A stretch of DNA of 64,000 nucleotides from Enoplolaimus lenunculus (lineage: Eukaryota). Below are positions 1-14,746 of the stretch, piece after piece. Under the pieces are notes generated by a model. It was not told where the DNA came from, did not search any database, and saw only the letters and a program-made list of their open reading frames with translations. Location of the stretch: the NCBI GenBank assembly GCA_030248215.1, contig JASANG010002922.1, forward strand, positions 186,001 through 250,000, in the 5' to 3' direction. The stretch's first letter is position 1. Every line of letters starts with the position of its first letter. Position numbers and translations under genes: made by a program.

Positions 1-683
1 ACTTTTTCTGCAAAATAAGCCAAGAAAATGGAGCCAAGAAGTTTTCAATAAAGATTACATCACGATGCTGGTCCTCTGTTTCAACCCGGTGACCCTATTC
101 CTGAATAAGTATAGAACCTATAACCAGTTAGCGATAAATTTCACACCGACGACTTCTGATTTCACACCGACAACTTCTGCAATTGCGGTCTGGTTTGAAA
201 ACTACAAGACGAATTACAAACTGGTGATAGGTGCTACACACTTAACAACACAGACCACGATAACAAGATAACAGACTAAATATTCACATCAGTCTTCAAT
301 AAGCCACACAAACTATTCTGAATAGTCAATTGCCCCCTTCTAATTACATATTCGCAAATCATAAGGGTGGCGTTACATATACTTTTTTTACTATTTAATC
401 GCCGTCGTCCAGCGTCTCAGGTGCCGCTTGGATTTCGTTCGGCACTGTGCGGTAACGCACGTGATTTGTCGTACAGCACCACATAACATCAAATAAACAA
501 ATAATTTTTAGTTGAGGCGCCGGCCGATACCAGACGTCGCCTTAGGAGGAGTACAACTTAGACATGCTTAATCCACTAGCATTACACTCAGTGGCTTTTC
601 AATGAAGTTTCTTGTAATTAAAATAGTTGATATACCTCAATAAATTATCCACAGAAACACTCGCTACTCAAAATGCCACTTAC

Positions 684-3600
684 TTAAATTCAAACTATCA
701 TTAACGTTGACAATATCATCGGTTTGCATTAACGGCAATTTTGAATCCGTTTCATTGTTCAATTGAAGCAACAACGCACGCAAACACAGATAGACACGAA
801 TTGCCTGAAACAAAAAAATGACTATTCTTTGTAACTCAGTATTGAAAATTCAGTTTATCAGAGTAAATACTCGTAACGACCAATACACATACTTGATATT
901 GTAGAAATGCGTTTCGAATAACAACCACTCGCACCTCATCTGGCGGCCCGGTAACCTTTCAACTATAGAATTCTGCCATGTTCCGAATGGTTTTTATCAG
1001 TGAACTTCACAAAAATGCAACAGATTGCATTCAGAACAAAATGCACCCAGAGCGTAACTTTGTGTTTTTCTCACCTCCCCACTAAAAACTTCGTTTTAAA
1101 TTTTATCTAACTTATTATTGGTATATACTGTATTTTCGTGTCAATTCCTCATACAGAACAGCTAGTGTCAATTCAACATACAGAACAGCTATATAAATAA
1201 GCAAATACCACAACCTTTGTCGACACATAGACCACCACATAAACCTACGATCTTTTAACTGAGGTTAGATACTGATTAGAAATTTTTGAATCATACTTTC
1301 TTGAGGCTAATTAAGAGTTGAACAATAGTAATTACATGGACACACCCCACATTACACCTCTCAAGTTGGGATATTTGTTGCTGCTTGGTTTTTCTAACCA
1401 ACACACAATTGCCGTCAAATATAACAATAATGGTCCACGTTCACGACACCCACAATCATACCAGAACCCATATACCTTTGCAAAGCTCTGATTTCCACAG
1501 CAAATTGAGCTCATATATTCCAAATTTAGACACCGTTCTTACCCGTCGACACTGTTCATGATCGCCACATGGGAGCCGCTTTTGAAAATCAAGACCCGAC
1601 AATGGTGTTGATACCGGCGGTACCAAAAAATAAACATCCGAGCTTAAAAACGCGATACTCCAATTGCGACTACGCTAAAACATAACAATGCCGCAATTCA
1701 TAGCCGGCAAACCTTTTGAGCACTCAAGACATGCAACAAGACCGATATTCTCAAATTAGCACAACTCCTGCTGGAGGGCTGGTTTTCCAAGAGTTGCAGC
1801 TAATGAGCGAACACCTAAACACTGGCCTATCAAATTCTAGGGTGCATCCAACAGAACGCGGGTTATTAATCTTATATTTTTAACAATTATCACTTAAACT
1901 CCAAGTAATTTCTACCAGCAAAAGTGCTTCAGCAAATGTAAATTCAAGCTAGTAAACTCGGTGGAGAGATGATTTTAGCATAGCCAAAAATTAGCGAAGC
2001 AGACAGTATCCTAACAAACTATAGCAACGCTGCACCTAAGCTTTCAGACACATCAGTCTTCGATTCTAGAGCCATGCATCGTATTTTAAAAATTTAATTT
2101 CACAAACGGTAAAACAACCCAAATACATACCTTATACGTATTGTGTTCGTCTTCGAAAAAATCAAGAAACAAATCTTCTTTCTAAAAATTAAAAAAGCCA
2201 TAAAGTATGATTTCTAAGCTTTCAGACTGAAACGTGTCACATTCAACAATACATCCGCTAGTAATTTGCATGATCTGGCTAACAAAAAAATAAAACCTTT
2301 ACGTTTTGATATAATGTAAACGACCATATTTTGAATTAAAAACGTAAATGAAATCCCTACAAAATTAACCAAAAACTAACCTGAAAATACTGTTGTAGAC
2401 TTCGAATTGATTGCTCCCAAATTTGATATAACATCGCTAAATGATCGTCTTTCAATTGCGCAGAACTACCAACGAGATCTTCGAGCACACGGCATGCAAG
2501 CTCGACCGTCCAGATACGCACCTGATTATCTAAAACAAATAAGGGAGACGTCAAGTATAGAACCACAATTACAAACCGTATGGTTACGTGAACCTATAAA
2601 ATTAGCGCACTGTTAGCGCTGTTACTTCATTTTCAATTCAAAGCATGTTCAAGCAAAATGTTAGCAACTTGGCAAATTCTGTACACAAAGAATATTAAAG
2701 ATAAGTGCTGCGTTAAGTGCCAACCCCACTCCGATAATTGGGAAAACTATTTTACCAACTGCACAAAAGTTTTCGGACGTATAATTCACCTATATTGCAT
2801 ACTCCTCTTGCATTTCGCACGACCAATCTTGAGTGGGCCTTCGCGGAAGTGCAACCGGGTTCAACAGTAGGAATTTGATTAGTGGGGGACCTATTTAGAC
2901 AGCATCTGAGACAAAAATCAGGGGCTAAAAACTTTTTAGGTTTGATAAATTTTGCGTATTTTAACAGAATTTTGCTTAGATTATGTATGCTAACTCGTGT
3001 TTTTGTTTTCATGTTTTGGGGCTGAGCATGGCGGATTTGTCCAAGTGGGAGGATAACGAAATACAAACTCCTATCGAATGTCATCACCAACTCTTGATAC
3101 TACCAAGAGTCATTGTTGACTTTGGATAAGAGTACGCAACTTAAAAACCTAATTTCGCGCGGCACTATCTCAAAGCTTTAAAAGCATCATAAAGGATAGA
3201 GGGCGGTAAAAACGCAGCGCCTGTGTTGAAACTACTAACCTCGCTCAGAGCTGCATCGTAAAATCAACAACAAACGGTTAATAACCTCCTCGTTGTAAGT
3301 CATCGCTTCCGATTGAGGATTAGTTGCCTGGAAAATACATTTAAATGATATAACTTTCGAAATCTAACATCCAATTTCAGATTAGACACCAAAACAAACA
3401 TGTGAACAACATTTCCTCCGGAACGGTAGAGGTTGTTTGAAAATTTTGCGTTTTACTGTGGTTCGAATACACTTTAAATTAGTTGTAATACCTGCAACTT
3501 TGAAAAATAATTTTAGCTGCTGATAAAATCAAAAATATACTCACAGAGAAATTCTATTCAAAATTTAACTGATCCTCGACTGATCCTGCTCACCTGTTTT

Positions 3601-6600
3601 TCTGGCATCTTAATCCCACTGCTTTCCAGAAGCGCATTATCGATTCCTAAAATTCCATCACGTGATAGATCAAACCAATCAGTGAGTTTAGATAAACCTC
3701 ATACAGTGTAACAGCAACAAATATACTAAGCAAAAAAGACATTCTGCCAATACCTGTTAGCCGACGTATCTAAAACGATAACCACGTCGAAACCGCTTAA
3801 TACTTTAATCAACTAACAACACACAGTTTGAAAATTTCCCAAGCAACCATAAAGTTTCCAAAAATCATAAATTCCTCCGTTTCACCTCTTCGAAATTTGT
3901 AATCCAACATATTACCTTATCGAGTTCTTAGACATCGACGAGACCCATTATATCATAAGCTAAATAACATCAATTACAAAAAGTAAAGATAAAAAAACCG
4001 TTACGCACTCACTAACCTTTGTTATGAATAATAGCATATAATAAACACAAAGTATAAAACGTGGCATGATCAGTCGCAGACGCATTTAACGTCGTCAAAA
4101 TTGCACAATACAGTGGTCTGAAAGAATTAAAAAATCAAATTTAAAACGAATAGAGCAAGTGTAACCGATCGATCGAAGAAAAGCAAAAATAGTAAACAGA
4201 AGCTTTTACAAAACAACTACCTCAAGGTTGCATAGACGATTTAAAGTTCTATTACGCGTTACGTTTTACTCTGGGAAAACAGTATTGACATACCCAAAAA
4301 CGCTAAGTACAATATACAATTTATGCCGTGAATACTAATTTTAAATACTCGAGGAAAACGGTACTAATCCAACCAAATGCCATTGAAACAATTACAAAAT
4401 TATTTACTTTTATCTGATTGAATACGACTGTCCGTCCTACTTAGTTACCTGCTAACTTGTGGAAAATCTTCACTTTCGTCGGTTTCACCTGCTCTAATTT
4501 GTAGCCGTTGCATTTTCTCTTCGTCCGTACAATTTTCGTTCGGCCCATCTAAACGAACAGCTCGTATTCTTAACACTGTGTGCAGCGCCGATCACCAATT
4601 TGGTGATAGGTCATGCAGCTTTCGAACCATTAAATGTTAAGCTTCGAAATTCACAATATTTTTTCAGTTGCTTTGTCCTACTTTGTGCCATGCTTTAGCT
4701 AATTCGATTTGAAAACTTCACGGTAGGCGATAACGAATTTATCTTTAACTGTCCACAATTTTATCTTTACCTTTCGCTATATACCTGCGCTTCTGCAATT
4801 TAAAATCGGCTAATTAAACAATATACCTGCGCCACGCTTGTATTGCTGGTGTTGCGATACCAACTGTTTCGGTGACAATAGCACCTCTGCAGGAGAATTC
4901 GCACCCTCATCTTGCACAATCTACAAAAAACGTTCATCTAAAACTTTAAAATGAATTTAGGTGTAGTTGATAATCTACCACAAAAACAACCACCACGACA
5001 TATAATACGCAGCAAATTCACAGCATCGCGACAACTTTTGCTACGCTAACGTTTCAGGTTGCAATCAAGGGCGTAGCCACCGGTGGGTGGGTTGTTAGCG
5101 TCAAAAACTTCTTTGCGATTGTTGTTAAAAACGTCGTTAAATATTGTTCCGTAACCTCCTTCTCCTGTCCGAAATCCTCGCAAACCTGGTGGCTGCAATC
5201 TAGCATATCAGTATAAATACGAATGACTGTTGATAAACAACCATACGAAAATATAATTTAAAACAAAAGCGAACTAGTGAAATAAAATTGGTAATCTACA
5301 AAATTTTCGTCATTAGCTCATTCGATGGTTTCAGTGATCTAACGTTTTTAGCTGAGTCCGCATCAAACATCAAAACGGCAAAACATTCTGTATTACAGAT
5401 AATGAAAGCTTAAACAATTAAACATAAAAGTAAAAGCAAAAACACGTCGTTACCGCTTTTTGGGGACTAAGGCTTGCCAGAAAGATGGAACTATCGCCGT
5501 ACAAAAGCATATGTGCCAATTGATCAACCAAAGGCTGATGTGAAACAATAATAAACACCTGAAACTACAGAAACACAATAAAACAAAAATAACCTAATTT
5601 AGAATACTAACATATTGACAAACCATCAAAACAAAACATTGCAATGGTGTAAAACTCAAGCCTAGCGGCTCGTACTGCAAAAAAACAGGCAGAAATGAAA
5701 TCTTCAAGGGGTGTGCGGCGAGATGGATTACATTCTGCAAATATGAACCTACGACCACTTCATTGGTGCAAATTTGTAGCTATATTAATATCCAATGTTC
5801 AGAAATTTATGGTTCGTATCGTAAATCTCACCTGTGACAGCAAAAACAAAGCCACCACCATAGACACGTGTATTCCGTCAATCTGAAAATAATGAAACTA
5901 AGTCAACATAGTGCGCTTTTAACAATAAATTCATATCAACAAAAGTCGATGATAACTCTTAGACAAGAGTGTGCAACCAAGATATTTTGCATAGTGACCA
6001 CATTTATTCCGTAGTACTAAGAAAAATTGCAACAACAATATTGATAAATACACACTCAACCATGCAACGAATGCAAATATACACCCTATATCTATCAAAG
6101 CTTAGAATAAATAATCAAATTAAACTAAAACGTTTTTCACTAACAAATATATTCGGAACCAACGAGCCGAGACAAATTCGCAAAAACAGCTTGCGTATCA
6201 GTTGATCGGTGAGTACAACGTTGAGGCTGTGAATATTGAGACACAAAATGTCGTTCACATAGTGAATATGATCCAAGTATTCTGCGACCAAAACTACCAG
6301 TTTATCAACGGCACCATAGCTATAACATTGAACATATTGTTAGGCGCTACCAGAATTCAACCGGATACCAATAATACCGAGCTGTATATTTTGGTGATAA
6401 ATAACAGTATCATATAAAGTTATGATATACTTTTCTGCCATAAATACCCGGAAAAGTAAAATACCGGAACCGGATGTCAATTGCTTGCCAGAATCCGGAC
6501 ATTCGGTTGTAACGCCAACCGCCAGAAACTATATCAACAATAAACTATGCTGACCAGTGTCAAGACAACAAAAAATATTGACATACTCGTTCGCGTCAGC

Positions 6601-9600
6601 TTGAGCAACGATATCCACATCAATAATGTGGTTGCATATAAACCATACGAGATTCGAAAAGTATGGCGCCGCAGTTCGATCACAAATGAACTTGATCATT
6701 GCTTCGTCGTCGACTATAACAACAAGACTATAGTAACAGATAGAAAGGTAGACGTATATTCAGAAAGAAAATGGTACAGATAAGATTCAGAAAGAATGAC
6801 ATTCGTGCACCAAATTCTATATCAAATACTGCGTCCAAAAGCCATCTATTAAGCCTGATAACTTTATAATTTCTATTACTCAAAAATTTGCTCGTTGCAG
6901 TAATTTGTCCAATAGCAATAATAACAAAACGACAACAATAGTATCACACATAAAGTGTAAGTGAAAGCACGCTGAAACGAATTAGCTCTCATCCAGTGTA
7001 AAAAAACTCAATTAAATGATTTGCTAACACTAGAAATCTCACAATTTGTTTATTTCCAAACTACGTTACACACATCTGCTTGAAAATGAATATAATACAG
7101 CTAGGCCAACCGGTGAAAAGAAAAAGAAAACTAAATTGATCATTACCATTTTGTTAGACGGGTATTAAAAGCTGCAACGTGATTGTCAAATCAATACCCA
7201 AACATACCTCCATACACATTAAGAGTTAGGGTTCGAACAGCAATGCGTACCATACTTTCTGAATGATTGAAAAATTTGATCGCTTCTGTGTACAAAGGAA
7301 AATCATTCGTATGCTACAACAATTAACATAAAACTATTAGCATTTACAGCTTCTATGCTTCCTGTAAACGGATACAAAAATACACTATGCTCAATACCAA
7401 AAGAAGCAACACATACATCTCGTCATCAGATAAGGCGTAGTCAATAAAGTTGAGGATGAAATTAAACCCACCTTGTGTTTTTATTTAGGATTTTTAGTAA
7501 CTTTTCAAACAGGAAGACAAGAGACCCACCCGTGGAGATTGTTATATAACGCACCAAACCAACTGTCCAAAATACTGGCTACGCACTGATTTCTCTTACT
7601 ATTTATGAAATAAACAACATCATCAATTTTCGAGTAACCAGATTAATACATACTCGCAGAGTGATATTAGTAGGAGGTTTAAAAGACAAACTGGGCACTG
7701 CTATTACAAACATCACAGTACCTTGGCCGTGGCCTAAAGACCCAACGCGTTAAACTATATACCTCATTGAAGAAGAAATGAACAGTATTGGTATTCAGCT
7801 TCATTGATAACGTTTTGAGGAACGAAATGTAATATGCTAAGATCTGAAAAAACGTCATTTATAAACGTAATATTAAGCGTAAAAGCACACCTGGACCGCT
7901 AGTACTCGTAACAAACATGTCCCTCATGCTTCATTCAAGCAAAATGAAACTAATTTCAATTTCAGTAAATCATGACGGAATGTGTGCGCCAATCACAATA
8001 AAAAAACAAACATAAGGTTCCCAAGTTTATAAATACAATAAGAAATATTTCATGTCAAAATAATACTAACCTCTTCGTCTGAGAAATCGAATCTGTGAGT
8101 TATTATTGAATTGATGTGGTTATTCGACAGAAGATAATCTAAAAAAATATCAAAAACGTATTCCTTTATAAAAAACTTCTGCTTAGCACAGATTTTATGT
8201 GAGGATTTCGCCTTCGACATGATATTTACTTAAGTATTGTAATACAAAAGTACACGAGCGTAAGCTAACTTACAGCCCAGGATCAGTTACTTACACAACG
8301 AAGTTGCATGGCGAATATTCTCAAACAAAATATTCAACGTTTGCAACAACTGTGTACACACGTATCGGCCGGATTTCTGTTTCATAATCCGTAGAAAAAA
8401 TGAAATCATATTCTTTTCGAGAAAGAAACTGAAACATAAATAAAATACAATTACGGATGCACCGTTCGTCAGCGCTGGGTATTACACGCGAACTAAGCGA
8501 GTATGATGCCGCGCGAAGATGGACAGCGATGGACGGCGCCGCACAAATATAGCGTCACCCTTACTGGGAAAGCGAACATTTCACCAAATTGAAAACACAC
8601 ACGCGCATTCGCACAAGATTATCCTTACACCTGATTCACAAACTAAAACCCATGCCCAAACACTAACAAAGATAGAAAAATTACCGCAGAAGACATCTAT
8701 TAAAATATTTCTAAATTTATTTCTCACGGTTGACTGTAATATTTAAACTAAAATGAAAATCTTGTTACATCTATATTATATATGTGTGTGAGCAACATTA
8801 CGTACTCAAAAACACTGCTGTCGTTCTGATCGCCCCAAATCAAAATTTCCGATATCGAGCGCAGCGCTTCGACAAGAATCCCGCGATTTTGCTCCGTAAC
8901 TGTTGTGTTCTTCGATAAAACGCCATAAAGATATCTAAAAAGAAAGCGGACATAAAAATATGGACGTGAAAAATAGATAAACAATCAACCGAATTTAGAC
9001 AACATGATCTGAAGCCATTCCCACGTACATTAATTAGGATTAAATCCTCACACTGATAGAAAAATTATCGAAAATTTTAAAGCTCATAACATTACACGTA
9101 CGATATATTTTACTTTGGTATAAAAAACCAGTCATAGTGGGACTATATACGTGTATTGAGTGAAGCTCGAACACACTTAAGCAGTTAAGCTAATATGCAA
9201 ATTAGTTACTAGCTAACTATTCATTTATTGGTTTTGGAGGTTTGTAAACAATTTATCCAGATTCCTCGCACTAAAAACCGTTCAACAACCCTAATAATTT
9301 GAGAAATAATTTAAAAAGCCATTATTTTGGCTTATCCTTTAAGCAAAATATATGCAAATTAGCTATTCGCTAACTCTTCGATAATTAGTTTTGAAGGTTT
9401 GTAGACAATTTATTCAGATTTAGCGCACGAAAAAACCGATTATTGCTGAAATTAGATTGCTTGTAACCATAATAATTAGTGAAATTGCAAAAACGCTTAA
9501 TTTAGGCTTATCAATTATGCTTATATGCAAATTAGCTATTAGCTAACTATTCAAATATCGGCTTTGGAGGTTTGTACACAATTGCTTCAAATTCCTCGCA

Positions 9601-10467
9601 CTTGAACACCCTTTAGTGCTGAAATTATATTGCTTTTAACCTTAATAATTATTGAAATATTGTAAAAAGTCCTAATTTAGGCTTATAAAACTTTGCTAAT
9701 ATGCAAATTATCTATCAGCTAACTACTCAATTATCGGTTTGAAGCTTTGTAAACAGTCAATGCAGCTTCCTCGCCCCAAAAACTCTTTAATGCTGAAATT
9801 AGATTGCTTGTAACTGTAATTAGTAAAACAATGTAGAAAGTCCTAATTTAGGCTAAACTAATTGTGCAAATTAGTCCGTAGCTAATAAACAGCTTAAAAT
9901 TTTAAAACCCCATTGCGAGGTTAACACTTCAGGATAATTGGCTTTCAAACAAAAAAAAAGTTTATCAAAATTGGTTTAGCCGTTCTTGAGATTTTTTTCG
10001 ACGGACAGACGGACGGACGGACATCCACCTTTCGACCCCAGAGTACAAAACATAAAAAGCTTGGCGATTCGCTCGGAGTTTCACTTCGCTTAATGAAACA
10101 TTATAATTTCTTGACTGTCTCGGAAATTCAGCTTATGTTCACTTGTAAAAGGCAGTTTTACAGTAATCGATAACAACACAAAATATTCAGAAGTATCTGA
10201 AAGTTTTACACCGGATACCGAAGCCGGATACGGTTGTCGTTTTTGCCGGATACAAAACTGAAACCAAATCTCTGTTCCGAGCGCTCCTTGGAAATATGTA
10301 TATACATGCGTCACGCACGATTTATATACTCTGCTAAAAAGCACTGCGAACGGCAACCAAACCTTAAATGATCCAAGTATAAAACTAGCTCACTTTAAAT
10401 ATTCAAGCGAGTGGGGATTTTTCGGTTTCCATAACCCAGAAGTAGATGACCACCGGTTCTTAAACAT
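684..10467 (-). CDS. CLEC16A: CLEC16A / gop-1 / Ema orthologue (FPL-domain endolysosomal/autophagy protein); 3' part continues beyond the left edge
   Basis: 19 GT-AG exons with consistent phases: 10394-10467, 8806-8934, 8295-8428, 8071-8138, 7763-7843, 7208-7313, 6587-6713, 6145-6319, 5832-5882, 5454-5558, 4827-4920, 4449-4548, 4017-4117, 3594-3646, 3240-3327, 2381-2529, 2131-2181, 1543-1674, 684-804. Translation contains [116 protein letters not shown] and [16 protein letters not shown], all recognisable CLEC16A blocks. No stop reached in the window. Confidence 0.95.
9128..10094 (+). mobile_element. Helentron/DINE-1-like non-autonomous element with internal ~160-176 bp tandem repeats, in CLEC16A intron 1
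   Basis: Sub-terminal inverted motif ATTGAGTGAAG..CTTCGCTTAAT; TTTATCAAAATTGGTTTAGCCGTT block followed by an (ACGG/ACAG)n microsatellite at ~10001-10022; five units marked by TGCAAATTA. An inverted, shorter copy lies at ~32337-32833. Confidence 0.6.
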
Positions 10468-13400
10468 ATCGCGTATGTACTACGTAAATAATTATTATAT
10501 ACATAAACTTTAACACCTTCAACCAAAAATGTCAATTCTAAAGCAGTAGCCGCCCTCTAATGTGCACCATCGGCATTAGCTGTTTTCGTCCCCCTGCGTC
10601 TGCTTGTAATATTGACTATATTCCGAGGCAAAACTTTTTCGAATTCTCATAAGAGCCCGTGAGCTGTCAGTGATAAAATCTAAAAAATTACTCTAAAAGT
10701 CTTAACCGGAGTATAGTTCGAACCTGTAAGTATGAGAGACAAGCTTGTGCGTTATGTGCACATGCAATATAGTGCAGTGCACTGTATGTATGATTTAAAG
10801 GGATAATTGTATATTTGCACTAGTGATTTCCCGATACCAAAATTTTTGCCGATGCCGATTCTATTTGGAAAATATGCCGATGCCAATTCCAACTTTAGAA
10901 CACTATGCTAAAGAACACATAGATAGGTTACCGCACTACATCAATATGCAAAAACTTAAACCCTAGCCAACATAAACGATTAGCAATTTTATGACAATGG
11001 TACATTCACCGATATATACCTCAGAAGTGAAATTGATAGCATTCCAACTGACTGTTATGTGCAAAAAGATCACTCATTTCTTTGCAGTGCCGATACTCAC
11101 GGAAAGTGGTGATTATTACTATTATTTCCGATGCCGATTAGTCCGCACATCCCTAATTTACACTTTTCAGCTAGATTACAAAGTGAAAACTTTCAAAACT
11201 CCAGTTCAAATTCCGATTAAACTTTAAAACGAATCGTAATTTGCATTAAATCGGAATACTAATCGGAATCAGAATTTTTCTTGCGCCCTGGTATAAGCTG
11301 TTGCAACGGAACCCATTGTAACCTGTAAAAACAAAGTTCAACTGATCATAGGATCATGTGAAAAAACCACTAGCCAAGTATCTTTAAGTTGCTCGCTTCT
11401 GGCATTTTTGTCAATATATATCAGCCGAATCTAGGTGTGTGTCGTGTGTGAAGATTTTAATTTCGGATATTTCATCCATACGAATAAATTTGATATAGTA
11501 CTGTTAAGTGTGGCAAAACCGTCGGCACCCTTTGGCTGGGTTGCAGAAACATAAGTTTATTTTTACTGAAAACTCAGGATTTGACGCATGTCTAAGGTTC
11601 TCATTATGTTTTCTGCTGGCCAGTTAAGCTGATGATGACAGACACTGTACTAATTTATAGCTTCTAGTTGTGATTTGGTAGGTAGAATTCTTGAAGTTGA
11701 ACTGTGCTCTAAAACGTTTGCTTTTAAACTTTAAGACCAGCTAGCCGTAAGTTCGAATTCGATTTACGTCTAAGGTCGACATAAAAGTCACATCTTTACT
11801 ATCCAACTGTTAGCTGTGTTTAGCACGCTTAAATCCTTTTTAAGTTTTCTGTTATAAAAATGTAACAAAATTCAACGTTGAAATAATAGATTTAGTAACA
11901 ACAATGGCGGATCCATGTGGGGGCCACCCCGGCCGTGGTCCCCCCAAACAGCACCTCGACAAAAATTGTGTATATATACAGTGTCAATTGCTGTTCCATG
12001 CTGTTTATTTCTCTGGTTATACACTATAGTATATGCTGCTTATAATAAGCTGCCCTGGTATTTTAGAGCAGTCTCAGATGATTAGATGTTTTGTCGTCAC
12101 CAAGCACGGTGGCACTGAACCAATAATTTCACTAATTCCGAACCTTGGTTCTGAAATTAAAAGTAAATTTATATATTCTATAAAATCATCAGCGGCCAAT
12201 GCCAACAGAAAAAGCCAAAAAATATGCAGGTAACGGAAAGTGTGAATTTTGAAATATTGAGAAGAAAAATTCATTGAAAATAAATTGAAGTCCATAACCG
12301 CGAATGCAAAAACAATTTCCGAAAGAAGCAGGCTGTCCTAACTCAATCAAAAACAGAAACAGATGTTGCTGAAGGTCACTGGATTTTGCTTTTTCAAAAC
12401 TGAATTGTCTTCCGAATCCGAGCCTTTAAAATTGTGCCTGTTTGAAACCAAATCCGAACTTTTATGTTGCCACCCTAGATCTTTAAATTGCGTTCATGCG
12501 TTAGTTTTATTTGTGATTAATCTCAACTTGAACGAACGTAAAGAAGTCAATTTTATGGCAATAGTTCGTGGTTTGTGTGTGGGTCAAAAATAAGTTTATT
12601 ACCTGTGAAATTTTGCCCCATTTTGAGATCCAACACAGGCAGCTACAAGTGGGGAGGAACCTGCGGGAAAGGCAATTCCCCCTCGCTTTTTAAAAACGTA
12701 GGTATTTTGACTTCCCTTAAAAATTTTAGCACGTGTATCAATTTAGGTGCGTACCACGGTGCAACCGGAATTCCGGTGCCCATAGGGAAATCCAGTATTT
12801 TTTACTATCCCGTTCCGATAATAAATCCTGTATTTTTGGTATTAATTTTTCTCATTCGAAAATTTAATTGGGAAATTGCCGTTACGGCAATTGTCGTTTG
12901 TTCAATTGTCGCTTGGGCAATTGTTTGTTGGGCAATCGGTAGATCCCTAAATATGCTATGATATGCGGTTACCTAGAAATATAGCATTCGCCTTTTCGGC
13001 TTGAGTGTTAAAAGTAATGCTTTTATTTCAACCGCCACTGGCAGTTTTAATGAACCGTAAATTATACGTATTCATACTTTCCAAATATCCGTTTTAGTTA
13101 ATATTCTGTAGATCGCTATCGGTTTCCGTTATTTTTACTATCCGTTTGACTATTTTTAAAAAGCATGAACAAAGATAACTGTAAACATTGTCCACGACAC
13201 TTATATTGCACAAATCGAACAAAACAACCCGCATCTGTTGCGTGCTCGATATTACGCGGAATTTGATTCAATGTATTTAAATTCTTTCCTCTGAAAACAA
13301 GTACTGTTTAAAACACCTAGTATCGTTGAATTTCAACGTGAAACTTTTCAATGCTCAAAGTAAAACACGTTATATAAAGCTTTAACCAGGTCCAAACGTT

Positions 13401-13481
13401 TTGTGTTGTGTCTAATGTTTTTGTATAGAAATTATGTTTGTCTTCAATGTCACAATATACTTGGGCGCAGAGCGCTTTTTT

Positions 13482-13652
13482 GGCCCATGTTACTTTAAGG
13501 GGCGTCCAGGTTTCTGGTAGGTCCATAAAATAGAAGGTTTAGATTGTAGATTACATGTTTTGCTTAGGTTTAGGCTTAAGCTTAGGAACGCACTTTTGCT
13601 ACACTTTGGTTTAGGCTTAGGAATACGCTTAATCTACTGTTACGCCATTGAC
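13482..13652 (+). mobile_element. TTAGGC-carrying MITE, subfamily B (GGCCCATGTTAC termini), degraded right end
   Basis: Shares its left end and body with the complete copies at 23009-23197 and 26838-26986. Confidence 0.7.
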
Positions 13653-14301
13653 CGATTTTTTCAAAGACTGTTATGCAGGAGCTTAGCAGGACGGTGGAGG
13701 TATCAAATCTTAAACGAAATTCTACACAATCGAAGCAAACGAGAAGCAAGCAAAAATTTTGCGTTAATAAGTATTTTGTATTCTTGCGCGAAACCTTAGT
13801 TTTGGTGGCCATGTCACAGCGACAGGTTCGGAACAGCCATTCCCATACCCACCATTTAGAAGCCCCACCCCTAAAGGGGCCCCCACCCTAACTGGATAAA
13901 ACAAAAAACCGCCAATTTTTAAGTGCGTCTGGCTTCCCGATGGCGAGTTTGGGGCCAAAACCCTGGAGTTTGTGTGGATTACCCGCCCCTATCTGCTCCG
14001 GCACTACACCGCGATACTCCTATATTTTTCTAGGGGTGTCGACTGACACCTCAGACACCCCTGTTCCTGGGTGCCTGACAACACATTGTCTTTTGGGTCT
14101 TGCGGTGTCATATAAAAATTGTTTTATAAGCCATATCGCTGTTCCCACTTTTCCCAAACATATTTCACCATTTCAAATGGCTGAATTTAGATTTGACCCT
14201 CATTTTTTACTACAGGAACTTGTACTAAATTGTGGCTGCATATACGCCAACATGTGTCCTTTTAAGAAACTTAAACACCATAAGCCAACAACCTTTCTGC
14301 C

Positions 14302-14746
14302 TAGTAGTGACCCGAATAAGAGGGGGGACTGATATTTATTTGGCCTCTCCAGCGGGTACTTCCCTTGTTATTCGGTTACGGACTGTTATTTATTTTCAGC
14401 CAGCACTCCGCCACCCTTCCATACTGATCCTTATCCGGTATTGCAGCTATCTGTTCAATTAAACGTTTTTCGCCTTGCATCAAAAGCTTGAGCGATAATG
14501 CAAAGTTATACTTTGGAATGTTGCTTTCAAAACTTAAGTGCACTTTAAAATTTCGAACTCAAGATTATTCGGTCCACTTGTCATTAGTGCACTTCGATTA
14601 GGGATAATTGGCATTTATGGACTCTAATTAGGGTTTACAAACTCTATCCGCTTTACGAACTCTTATTAGGGATACAGACTCCTATTGATCAGGACCTCAA
14701 AATGTGGACCCCCTCTTATTACCTCCCTTTTATTTGGGTCACTACA
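14302..14746 (+). mobile_element. MITE with CTGTAGTGACCCGAATAAG terminal inverted repeats (TA-flanked, Tc1/mariner-like)
   Basis: GTAGTGACCCGAATAAG ... TATTTGGGTCACTACA. Related copies at 57235-57752 and 40022-41093, and a fragment at ~25310-25537. Confidence 0.75.

Noticed and set aside
5290..5388. Possible extra CLEC16A exon
   Set aside because: It has an in-frame stop in the required phase, and the flanking exons 5454-5558 and 4827-4920 already join in frame.
13020..13320. IHTF-containing stretch considered as a WH1 exon
   Set aside because: No surrounding WH1 residues, nearby stops and no matching splice sites.
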